From NCBI GenBank assembly GCA_016748015.1, contig JAAOMT010000675.1, positions 868,001 through 932,000 of the forward strand: 64,000 nucleotides of DNA, given 5' to 3'. Positions 10,401-22,164 of this stretch are shown in pieces. The DNA comes from Geosiphon pyriformis uo1. Its lineage: Eukaryota > Fungi > Glomeromycota. The translations under genes were made by a program, and so were the position numbers. Below the pieces are notes generated by a model that was not told the origin of the DNA, made no database searches, and saw only the letters and a list, made by a program, of their open reading frames with translations. Position 1 is the first letter of the stretch; the number at the start of each line of letters is the position of its first letter.

Positions 10401-13080
10401 ACTTTATTACTACTCCCATGATGCTGAGATGATTTTCGACCTAGTAATGACATTAGTTAATGGAGCTACCAAAGAAGATGTTCATCAAATGAAAGAAGCA
10501 GAATACATTGAATACACCATAGAATTAGCTGAATTCGATTATGAAAATAAAGTAGAAGTGTACCATCAAATCGCAAGTCACACCTACCCAACAAAAGAAG
10601 CTCAAGCTCAATGGCTAAAACAAATGAACATTAAATTATGTAAGGAATGCATAATGCCTTGTGATAAACAATGGTGTTTTGAATGCTACACTCTTAGCAT
10701 TCTTTTGTCCAGCAAAAGTGATGAATACAAAATTGAATTTGGAAAACCTAAAGCAACAGAAGAAATTGAAATAACACCCATCTATCTCATTGAAAATTAG
10801 CCTGTCTTACAACTCAAATACTTCAACAACCACAGACAAGAAATAAAACCCAAAAAAGCACATAAAATTGATGCTGGATATGACTTAAGATATCCAGACA
10901 AGAATACTCTCATTCTCAAACCCAAATCTTTCACAAAAATCAACCTTAAAATTGCTTTCGAAATCCCACCAGAAGCAATGGTTCAAATTGCCTCCCAGTC
11001 CTCTCTGGCAAGCAAAGGAATTAATGTCAGAGAAGGAATAATTGATGCTGGATATACTGGTGACATAACAGTAATACTTCAAAACAAAACTGACAAGCCG
11101 TTTAAGATTGAACATGTTGAGAAAATTGCCCAAGCCATTTATTTACTTTTAATCAACATTTTGGGTTTACAATTAGTTAATCAAAGAGAACTATTGGGAA
11201 AAAGTGAAAGAAAAACCCAAGATTTTGGTTCAACTGGACAATTCACAGTTTCAGTAAATATAGCTCTCAACAAACAGAAAGAATCTCACCAGATTTTATG
11301 ACTTCTACAACCAATTACCATTTCACTCTTTGAAGAACACCCTGAAATTTATACTTGTGAAAAGCCAACAACCACACAACAAATTTTTGAGTCCAACAAA
11401 CAAATCTGCTTGGAACATAATATCTCGATTCCAAATATTTATATTCCAGAAGGAACAAAGAAAATCTGAGTTACTTTTTACAATCCCAACAATTTTCCCA
11501 TAGTTTTATTAAATAACTTAAAAATTGAAATTATTTACAGTAATATCTTTCAACAAGAATTACCCCAAACAGTTTCTGATTTTTCTGAAATTATTAGACA
11601 TTTACTACCAAAAATCAACCCAAACCCCAGCTCTGAAAACTACTATGTTGTTATGGAAAAACTATCTCGAATCAACATGGGACAACTTGAACCACAACAA
11701 CAGAGCCAGCTCAAAAAGCTAATTGCAGAATTTGCCAATATTTTTGCTGAAAACAACAATAACTTAGGAAGAACCAATTTGGTTCAACATCAAATCTACA
11801 CAAGAGATGCCAAACCAAGGTGACAGCAAGCCTACTGAGTTGCTCCAGAAAGTCACCAATTTATCCATGAAGAAGTACAACGAATGCTCAACAATGGGCT
11901 TATTCAACTATCAATGAGTCCATGGGTCTCATCTGTGGTCTTAGTTAAAAAGAAAAATGGAAAGATATGATTTTGTGTTGATTATCAACAACTCAACAGT
12001 ATCACTATTGGAAATGTCTATTCTCTTCTCCGAATTGATGATATGTTGGATGCCCTTGGAAAAGCCAAATACTTTTCAACAGTAGATCTAGAAAGTGAAT
12101 ACTGGCAAGTTGCCATGGACCCCAAAGATCGTCCCAAAACAGCCTTCACAACCCAAAGAAGAAACTACGAATTCAATATAATGCCTTTTGGATTATGCAA
12201 TGCACCAGCAATATTTCAGAGATTAATGGATATTGTGTACAAAGGATTCCTTTGGAAGTCAGTAGTCATTTATCTTGATGATACTGATGTTTATTTTCCA
12301 TCATTCAAATTACACTTAAAACACCTGTGAGAAGTTTTTCAATGATTACAAAAAGCAGGACTGAAACTCAACATCAAAAAATGCTACTTTGGAAAAACAA
12401 GCTTGGTCTTTCTTGGTTACATCATTAGTAAAGATGGAATCAAACCAGATCCTGGAAAAATCAGTGCTGTCAAAAACTTCAAAACTCCTCAAAACACTAC
12501 AGAACTAAAAGGATTCATAGGGTTAGCCTTCTACTATTGGAAGTTTATCAAAGGATTCTCAGAAATTGCAAAACCTCTCAACCAGCTTACCACCAAAAAC
12601 ATCAAATACAAATGGACTGCTGAACACCAAAATGCATTTGAAATCCTTAAAGAAAAACTAATCACAGCTCCAATTCTTGCCTACCCAGATTTCAGTAACT
12701 AATTTCAGTTAGCAACAGATGCCTCTTATACTGCCTTTAGTGCCATCCTATTACAGTTAGATGACAATGAAAATGAGCAAGTAATTGCTTATGCTAACAA
12801 AACATTGAAACCAGCTGAAAAGAACTACCCTGCAACAGAATTAGAAACTGCAGTAGTAATCTGGGCCCTACATCACTTCAACCTTTACCTCAGACCCAAA
12901 AAATTTGATATTATCACTAATAATATTGGACTCAAATGGCTTCAAAACAAAAACACTTAACTGAATGCCAAACAAACTTGATGGACAGAATTTTTAGCCA
13001 ACTACTGATACATTGTACATCACAAACCAGGAAAACTCCACACCAATATTGATTGTCTCTTAAGAATAAGGCAAGATTAG
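7455..13080 (+). pseudogene. gag-pol: E2 Gag-PR-Cys-rich-dUTPase-RT-RNaseH polyprotein, decayed
   Basis: Capsid MTAYIAKIPEFNGE (8208); knuckle CHYC..GYWKRDC (about 8890); protease LILDSRSAGSII; RT MPFGLCNAPAIF and YLDD; RNase H ATDAS..TDN; fragments at 9274, 10243, 10978, 12043 and 12403 share one frame; stop TAG at 13078-13080. Confidence 0.95.
10850..11240 (+). pseudogene. dut: dUTPase domain of E2
   Basis: DAGYDL, ASQSSLASKGI, GIIDAGYTGDI, KIAQAI, DFGSTG: all five trimeric dUTPase motifs. Confidence 0.92.
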
Positions 13081-13129
13081 AACACAAAACCAATACTCAT
13101 TCGAATTCCAGTAACAAAAACAACAAACA

Positions 13130-14515
13130 ATAAACTCTGAAAACTACAACAATCTCAAACAATATTTGAAGACACTAACAATCCCAACAGATTGGTCTTC
13201 AGATAAAAAACACCAATTACAACAAAAAGCCAAACAATATTATCTACACAACAACACCATTTATTATCGTAACTTCAGGAACCCAGACAAATCACTCAGA
13301 TTAATACAGGAAAATAAGAAAGAAACTATCTTATATAACATGCACTCAGACCCTTCATCAGCACATTTAGGAAAAGATAGCACCACCCAAAGAATATTAG
13401 AACACTACTTTTGGCCCCAAATAAGAAAAAACATTTATAAATACATTAAATCTTGTGATAGTTGTCAAAGAAGAGGAGGAACTCACTCTACAGAACTTTT
13501 AAATCCAATCAAAATTAGACAGCCTTTTGACTGAGTTGGTATCGATTTAGTTGGACCACTATCTATTACAAACCAAAGAAACTGTTATATTGCAGTAGCT
13601 GTAGATTATCTCACCAAATGGCCTGAAGCCAGAGCCATTCAATGAGCAAATGCAAAATCAGTAGCAAACTTCATTTACGAAGACATTATTTGTAGATACG
13701 GATGTCCAATCAAACTTTTATCCGATCAAGAAACACATTTTGTGAACAATCTAATTCAAGAAATCTGTGAATAATTCAATGTTAAAAGACCATTATCTTC
13801 ATCCTACCATCCACAAACAAATGGACTTGTAGAATGTTTCAACAGAACATTGTGTGAATCTTTAGCTAAAGTCTCAACAGATTTTGAGCAAGAATAGAAT
13901 ATCTTTATTCCATCAGTGTTACTAGCATATAGAACACTAAAACAAAATATCACAAAACACACACCATTTGATTTAATCTATGGAAGGACAGCAATGTTAC
14001 CAATTAGTTTCACAGTGGAAACATACCCAGTACAGCCAATTAATAAAAACAACTTTCAGGAAACACTACAACAAAGAGCCTATACTCTGCTTAGCACATT
14101 GGAAGGAAAATGACGAATAGCAGCAACCTATATTGAACACTCCCAAGCTCAACAAAAAGAATGGCATGACAACAAATTGCCACCAGTCACCAATGAATTT
14201 AAAATTGGAAACAAAGTTCTCTTACACAGAACTAAAGCCGAAAAACAATGGAGTGGAAAATTTGAAAATAAATGAGATAGACCATTTTTTATGCATGAAG
14301 TTCTAGGCAATGGATCATACAAGCTAAGACTTGATGACAAAATCCTAGCAAAAGTTGCACATGGAGATTGTTTAAAACACTATAATTCCAGAAACAATCC
14401 TGAACTATTAATTCCACAAATTGGTATACATTCCCTTTTAATCAATCCCGAAGATATTCTTCAAAATTTAGAACCAATAGTTGTTATTGAACAACCTCCC
14501 AACTTGAACACTTAA
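13130..14515 (+). pseudogene. int: E2 integrase (separate ORF; start apparently decayed ATG>ATA)
   Basis: HSDPSSAH..CDSCQR (HHCC); GIDLVGPL; YHPQTNGLVE; GPF-like module with LGNGSYKL; C-terminus LEPIVVIE. Confidence 0.93.
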
Positions 14516-14635
14516 CTTAAATTTATTATTATAATTATCTCCTTATAATTTAGAAATAATCTCACAAAAACAAAGCAAAAATAATAAAAACTCATACACC
14601 AAAAATAATTTTCTTTTATTTTCAAATCTCTTATA

Positions 14636-15354
14636 ATGACTATTCCTCAAAACATTTAACAATTATTCCAAAAACTAATGTTAGCTTTAAAAACAATACC
14701 CGAATTATCCATTACTATTACTGGAAGCCACATTAATTATATCCAAACAGAAATAGTTACAAATTTAGCCCCAAATTCACAAAAATATCACTCATATAAG
14801 AAGAACACAAGGAGTTATTCTGAAATTCACCTGCCAGAACTTTTAAAGCTTGCTTTAAGAGAAAACTTAATGCTCACTCCTATTAGTATTCTACCAAATA
14901 CTATTATTCAACAAAAACTTTAACTGTGTCTTAATGAAGAAAACTATGACTACACTCCATATATAGATATTTCTACATTGGAAAAACACATCATGAATGA
15001 AAACAGGAGCTTACAGCAACAAACCTCACAAAAGAAACTATTCGGAAACAACTCCACAACAAATTCAAGACAACAGCTAGACCTACAAACAGTCGTTATA
15101 AACTAAGAGCTGCTCTTAGACTTTATGACCTATTCTACACCTGTGAAAACGTCCTACAAAACCCAATTTTACAGTCTTTGAAGATTCAATACATTAGAAA
15201 GCTCACAGAACTGAAATTTCAACAATTTTCAGACCAAATTTCTTCAATAATTTTGGATTATTATCTGGAAATTACAGACAGTACTTGGACTTTGATGGAG
15301 CTCAGTCTTGAGGAGAAGATTATGTTATCAGATGAAATTAGAGATATTGTTTAG
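14636..15354 (+). pseudogene. E2 ORF3, unknown accessory protein reading across the PPT into the 3' LTR
   Basis: ATG at 14636; C-terminal half RAALRLYDLFYTCENVL..IQYIRKLTELKFQQF is homologous to ORF3 of E5-E8; one frameshift and a few stops. Confidence 0.7.
15310..15322 (+). promoter_or_regulatory. E2 polypurine tract
   Basis: GAGGAGAAGA immediately upstream of the 3' LTR. Confidence 0.8.
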
Positions 15355-16304
15355 CATGAAATTACCCTTATAAATCTTATCATTAATTAGCATATATTAT
15401 TGTTTCAAATTATCACTTATTACATTAGCAAAATATCCAAAATTATCATTTAATTAATAACCCAATTTGTACATAACACAAATGTAACCTAAGTGCAATG
15501 ATCAATCATACAATACTCCAAAATATGTAACATTCAAAAGTTTGCCAAAATTTGTAGAAATTTGCCAAAATAATTGATAGTTTACCGAAATATTTAATAG
15601 TTTGCAGAAATAACTTGTAGTTTGCCGAAATGTATTTTTAGTTCAGCAAAATTGTAGAAAAGAGCAAAGTTCAAGTTCATAGAATAGTGTTATAACAAGT
15701 TGTATAAAAAAAGAGCTTCTCTCTTTGAGAAAATATATTTTACTTTGGATTTATTACTTAGAATCATTTCTACACATACAAAAAGAAATAAATATCAAAT
15801 AATTCAAAAAACCAAATTCTTTAATTATTGCACTTGGAAAATTCCCAAAACCCAACTAACGTTTTGAAATTGATTAGCTACCAATTTCAGTAAAATTGTT
15901 AGTGACTCCAGGCCTGGATAGAAAACGTTTTTCTTGACAGAACTCTATTTCTTTTACATTTCTTTTATTTTCTTTCTTTTATTTTCTTATTATAATCATT
16001 AGAGTAGCCTATAAACAAGATTCCTGTAGAAGAGTTGACTTTCACAGCAAAGTAACTACACATTTTAGTGAGCTTCTAGACGAGCAATTTCTGGGAAAGA
16101 GTTGACATTTACTACAATGTAACTACACAAAGCAACTGGCATGGAATTGGCCATTCCACTTATAAGCCCAGCAGTTCAAATTATAGGAAATAATTTGAAG
16201 ATAAATTCAGTTACTGAAGGCTCAACTACTTCTAGAAAATGTGAATTTGCAACCAACAGACAGTTATAACATTCAAGAAAAGAGACCAAAAACCTCCAGT
16301 AACA
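15323..16304 (+). repeat. E2 3' LTR
   Basis: TGTTATCAG...CCAGTAACA; copy of 6428-7409. Confidence 0.96.
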
Positions 16305-17894
16305 GTGATATGGCTCTTGTGTCTGGTGCTGATGTAATAAATTTTTGTATTTTTCTAGTGATAAATACAAATCCTACCTAATTTATTATAAAGATTAAAA
16401 ATCTATTAGCCTAATACCAAGAAAAAAACTAAGAAAAGTACAAAGTCCTTTAAAAATAAACTATTTAAAATCTAATTACTAGTTATAAAACAAAGAGAAC
16501 TTTCTTCTAAAAAAAAAAAGTGGACATTGAAAATCTGTTGGCTAAAAATAGTTCAGTTATCTTAAAAAAAGGTGATACTCTTAAACAAACTCATATAATA
16601 CAACACACTATCATTACTAAAGAAACTTGTCCTATTTATTTGAAGTTTTATCAATTCAATTGGCACAATAATAAGTTTATCAAAAAAGTAATAAACCAGA
16701 TAAAAAATCTTGAATTCATACAAAAAACCAAAAATAAATGAGTTTTCTCAGTTGTAGTGGTATTTAAGAAAGATGAAATCCTATACTTCTGTGTTGACTA
16801 TTGTCAATTAAATGTCATTACTGAAAGAGATATGTACTTATTCCTTAAAATTAATACAATGTTAGACAAATTCAATGGTACTGCTTTCTTTTCAACCATT
16901 AACTTAACTGTTGAATTCTGACAAGTAGAGATAGATTCAGAAAGCAGAAAAAAAACTGTCTTTATTATCAAGTATGATATCTATGAATTTACAGTCATGT
17001 CTTTTGGTCTTACTAATGTTTTTTTTACTTTTCAATATCTAATAAACAAAGTATTTGAATCAGTAAAAGAAAACTTTGTTCTAGTCTATTTGAATGACAT
17101 AATAGTATACTCAAAAATCTGGAATAAACATCTTAAACACTTACAAAAGATTTTTGATCTCCTTAGAAATGTTGGCCTTAAGATAAACTTAATTAAATCT
17201 TTCTTTAGATGACAATTCACCTAGTTTTTTGGTTATTTTATTAAAAAAAATAGAATATTTTTTGATCTAGCTAAAATTGAAAAATTTCAGAACATTAAAC
17301 AATCAATAAATGTTTTTAAACTATACTTTTTCCTTGATTTGGCTTTTTATTATTGTAAATTTATCAAGAATTTCTCCAAAATCACTTTTTCTCTTAATTA
17401 GCTATTCAAAAAAATGTCAATTATTACTAAAGCACTCATCAACAAAAAGTTTTTAAAACTTTTAAAAAAAATTTGTTACTAAACCAATCCTTAAACAACC
17501 TGATCTAGACCAATTTTTTATCTTGTATACTAATATATTTGACTATAAACTTGGTGCTGTTCTCTTATAAAAAGATAAAAATAGCAGAAAACATGCTATA
17601 GTATATGTCAATAAAACTTTTTTACCAATAAAACAGAACTATTCAGTTATTAAACAAGAATACTTAGCAGTAGTTTGGACTACTAATTACTGGAATTAAT
17701 ATTTTCTTGGTGTAAAATTTTTAGTAATAACAGATCATTAAGCTTTGGTTTGGCTGTACAATAAAAAAAAGCTGGAACACAAATAAATAACTTGTTAAAT
17801 ACTTCATCTAAATAAATTTGACTATAATATTCAATATTACAAAAGAGCTAATCATCAAAATGCCAATGCTTTCTTTAGACTTACCATCCAGTAA
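16305..17894 (+). pseudogene. pol: E3 RT-RNaseH, decayed
   Basis: MSFGLTNV..VYLNDIIVYS (16997-17212); ends NANAFFRLTIQ with TAA at 17892-17894. Confidence 0.88.
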
Positions 17895-17959
17895 CAGTAC
17901 AATTTTTTCAAATCAAACCAATTTAATTATTAGTAACTTTCCTTTTAACAAACATAATA

Positions 17960-20154
17960 ATAGACTTGAACAACTATTTTGTCTTAATAAAATTTTTGGG
18001 TAAAAAACAATACCTATCAGAATATACTTGACAGCAAAGAGAACATTTGGGCAAATAATCAAATTTTTATTTGATTTACCAGAACCAACTATATAAAAGA
18101 AATAAAAAAAATTCTAACTGCCTCCAAAGAGTCATAAAATTTAAAGAAAAAAAAATTGTAATTTACAACATGTACACTAATCCATTAGCTAAACACTTTG
18201 GAAAAACAAAAACAATTCAAAAAATTTTAGTTCACTATTATTAGTTTATTTTAGGAAAAGACATTGCTAAATATATTAAAATCTGTGACATCTGCCAAAG
18301 AAAAAAAAACCTAATTGCAAAGAAGATATCTATTCAATCTTTATTAGTCAACTATTTGACAAAATTAGTATAGATATTATTAGACTTTTAACAGTAACTG
18401 CTGATGGCAATAGATACATTATTACAGCTATTGACTATCTTACAAAGTAAATAGAAGCAAGAACAATTTCAGATTAAACAGTAGTCTTAATAGCTAATTT
18501 TATTTATGAAGATATTATTTGTTGTCATGGCTGTTCCAAAGAACTTTTATTTGATAGAAAAAAAGTTTTTTTCAGTACACTAATTAAAGAACTTTGTAAA
18601 AAAATAAGAATACATTATAAACTTTTTTCTCCTTACTACTTTCAAATAAATGGCTTAGTAGAATGTTTTAATAGAATCCTATGTGATATATTAGCCAAAA
18701 TCAGTATTACTCATAAAGAAAATGCATAAAAAAAAATAGTAGGAAAACAAATAGACTATTAAGAGAGTAGTAGTTAGCATGTGAGCACATTGTTTAGCAA
18801 TATAGAACAATGTTAGAAATTACAACACATTGCTTAACAATGTAGAGCAATGTTAGAAAATTAGTGTATATTGCTTAGCAATGTGAGCATTGTTCAAAAA
18901 ATTATAGCACATTGTTCAGAAATATGAGCAATCTCATAGAACCTAAATTATATATATATAGTAAGAGCATTAAAAACAAAAAAGACAAAATCACTACCAA
19001 AATCTCCCCATTACCACATTTATATTAGAATTATCAATATCAATAAATAATTATTTGCTATCCAAATCACTCTCCTCACTATTAATACTACATGTTGATA
19101 GTATCTACTACTTGATTACATTAAAACAATAGCTCTTAATTATGGCTATTGATGAGATACTAACTTAATTGCCTTGGCTTATTTGATTAATTTTTTTGTT
19201 TTTTCTATCTTTATTTCTTTGTTTTGTTTTATTAATTAATTAAGGATTAAAAGCACTAAGTTACAAATGTCATAGGAACTGATAAAAAACCCGTGAAATA
19301 AGAGTAAAAAACTTATAGATTTGAAGATAGCTTACCAAGAAGATTACTGGCCACTATGTTGAGAAAGAAATTCAACAGAATTGTAATTCCAGAAGGTTAC
19401 TAAAACAACAATTGAATCTCTGTTTATTATACAAAAGACTCAATCAAAACTTTCAGATAAGACCACTTATATCAGCTATTAAACACTAAGTTATAGGTTT
19501 GTTATTTGATTTAAAACTCCAAATAATCACTTGTAATACCAATAAAAAAACAAACTTATGAGACAAAGTACTATTATTAGCTTTGTTTACTTATAGAACT
19601 GTGAATTATAACATAACAAGTTATAAGCTTTTTTATTTGCTCTATGGATAAATGGCAATTTTATTAATAAAAACTGATATTAAGACAATATTCTTTGAAA
19701 AAATTACAATAAGAAATTACAAAAACATTTTGCAAAGAAGACTTGATACTATTTTTAACTTATTGATAAAGGCATAGATAATTGCTTTTGAAAAAATAAA
19801 ACAGTTTCAAAAAAAGCTTAAAAAGAAAAAGATTTATAAAACACTTTTTTTAAGTGTTGATAATTTAGTATTAGAATACTGTTTAGACAGAAACAATATC
19901 TATGTGATAAATTCTCTAACTGATGGAAAGAACCTTTTTTAGTCAACAAAATTTTGAACAATAATTTTTATATTCTACAAAATTAATATAGAACAATCTT
20001 TAATAATTATTTTAATTATAATACACAACTTAAGAAATATTATAAATGACCTAATTGGTTACCTGTTGTGGTAATACCAACCCAAATAATCAACAAAAAT
20101 TAGATATAAATAAATACACTATTTCCAAAACAGAAGTATCTTCAATTAACATAA
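17960..20154 (+). pseudogene. int: E3 integrase, split by solo LTR
   Basis: CDICQR; IDYLTK; NGLVECFNR just before 18705; alignment to E6 resumes at 19539. Confidence 0.85.
18705..19538 (+). repeat. Solo LTR, family alpha (E4/E8 type)
   Basis: Termini TATTACTCAT...TGTAATA are decayed TGTTACTCAT...TGTAACA; no PBS or internal region; flanks TCAG and CCAA fit a decayed 4-bp TSD of CCAG seen uninterrupted in E6. Confidence 0.9.
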
Positions 20155-20806
20155 ATAATTATTTCCTAGATTAAAATATTCAAAATGCTTTCTATACTTT
20201 TTATGAGTATTGAATTAAAAATATCTAAATACTACTTTAATCATTGAAAAACAAACTACTATAACTGATAATAGTAGAATACATACTGTTATTAAATCCA
20301 AAAAAACAACTATCAAAAGAGAAAAAATTGGTAGCAAAATGAATAAATATCTGCTAGAAAGTATAACAGCAATAATACTTTTATCCTTCATTACAATTAG
20401 AAAAACAATTAAGAAAATTCTATCTATAAACAAAAACTTATTATATAAAAAGCAACTAAAACTCTATGGTTGTCTTAATAAAATCATAGAAAATATGAAG
20501 CTTATGAAGAAAACAACTTCAAAGATACAAATAAAAATTTTGGACATTATATGATTAAATATTCCAAAAGTTTTAACTATTGCTAAAAGAGCCAAAACTC
20601 TTATACAAAAATTTGATTTCTTAAATATAAAACTCATTTTGTCACAGGTATTATATACCTTATCCACAAAAAATTTTAATAAACTAGTTAGTTTTGAGTT
20701 AGACAAAACTTTTTAAATAGATTATTATATAAATAGCTTGATTTTACTAGAGCTTAATCTCTTTAAAGAAGATAATATTATAATTAAAATCCATACTTTT
20801 TATTAA
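20151..20806 (+). pseudogene. E3 ORF3, unknown accessory protein
   Basis: Collinear with E6 ORF3 (KYLLESITA..KQLxLY..LMKKTT). Confidence 0.65.
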
Positions 20807-21366
20807 TTATCATATGTATTAGCCACTAATATTATATAATTAGCCATCTTATTTTTAAATAGTGATTATTAACTTAATTAATAACCTGATTAATAATCTG
20901 ATTATTGACTTAATTATTGACCTAGTTATTGACTTGGTAATTAACCACTTTCAATAGCTATATAAATGATAAGTTTCTTAGCTGTAAAAAGACATAATCA
21001 AAGTAATAAAATAAAATCTACTATTAATTACTTCTTCTTATATTGCTTATTTCCTTTTTTTTACTTTTAAGTATCTGAATATTTTGGGATAAAAAATTAT
21101 TTGTTGATATTTACATACCTTATTTTTTTTTTTCTTGATTTGTATTGTTAGAATTAGCCTAAAAAGCAATTGCTTGCTTTTGTGATTTATTGAATAAAGA
21201 AATGATTAAAAAGCACAACAATATTTGTTATTAATTTTAAAAATCATCAAGTTAAAGCATAAAATAATAGCAGCAGTATTATTTTATTAACAATTATGGA
21301 CTATTTCTCTATCTTCAGATTTTCAAAAAAGATTTATAACTGTGATTTTTATGAGACTGATCACGT
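20776..21366 (+). repeat. E3 3' LTR, truncated by E4
   Basis: Similar to E6 LTRs; seven 12-bp TGATYATTRACC units at 20863-20946. Confidence 0.85.
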
Positions 21367-22162
21367 TGTTATTCATAAAAAAGGAAAACAAATATAGAAA
21401 ATAGTAGACCAATAAGAAAGTAGTAGTTAGCACATGAGCATATTGTTCAGCAATGTGAAGCAATGTCAGAAATTACAGCACATTGCTCAAGAAATCATAG
21501 CACATTGCTCAGGAATGTAAGTGATCTCATAAAACATCAATTATGTATATATAACAGTAGTATTAGAAGAAAAAAAGACAGACCTCTTAGTTTAGACTAG
21601 ATCTAAGCAACTTTCTACATCAGAAATATCAATAAATAATTATTTAATATCTTAAATCTATTTCACACTATCAACACTTTATGTTGATAGTAATTGATAC
21701 TTAACTACACTGAAACAATAGTTTTTGATTATGGCTATTAATGAGATACTAACATTTATTGTCTCGGCTTATTTCTTTTATTTCTTTTTTTTTATCTTGC
21801 TTTGTTATTTCTTGTTATTAACTAAATTGATTAAAGAGAAAAAAACACTGAATTATTAATGTTATAAATAGCCTGGTAAAAAACCCAGAAATAAGAATAT
21901 AAGATTTATAAATTAATGAATAGCTTACCAGAAGGGCACAACTGTCAGAAGAAACTGGCCACTATACTGAAGACAAAAATTGGGAAAATAACTTGAGAAA
22001 TCCACCAAAACCAACTGTAGTAAATTTCTGTCTATTATACAAAGAACTTAACCAAAATCTTTAGATCACAAAAACCTTTAGAAACCAACATCATTATATT
22101 AACTAAGCACCAAGTTATGGATTTGTTATTTGCTTTAAGATCCCAAATAATTATCTGTAACA
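21367..22162 (+). repeat. E4 5' LTR
   Basis: TGTTATTCAT...CTGTAACA; related to E8 LTRs and the solo LTR; TATA-like run near 21545 and AATAAA at 21631. Confidence 0.92.
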
Positions 22163-22164
22163 TT

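Larger units (their letters stand above)
6428..16304 (+). mobile_element. E2: full-length Ty3/Gypsy element, family beta, two 982-bp LTRs
   Basis: Direct repeats 6428-7409 and 15323-16304 with TGTTA...GTAACA termini; PBS at 7412; PPT before 15323; complete internal domain set. Confidence 0.97.
16305..21366 (+). mobile_element. E3: 3' half of a heavily decayed family gamma element (RT, RNase H, integrase, ORF3, partial 3' LTR)
   Basis: Collinear with E6 from about 42423 onward; interrupted by the solo LTR at 18705; its 3' LTR is cut by E4 at 21367. Confidence 0.92.

Noticed and set aside
7455-13080. Stop-codon reassignment to explain the many in-frame stops
   Set aside because: All three stop types occur, at different positions in sister copies, and derive from TGG, CAA, CAG or CGA by single transitions.
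14290-14515. Chromodomain at the integrase C-terminus
   Set aside because: Only a GPF-type module and a short EPxVVI tail are present; there is no Y-x-VKW-x-G pattern.
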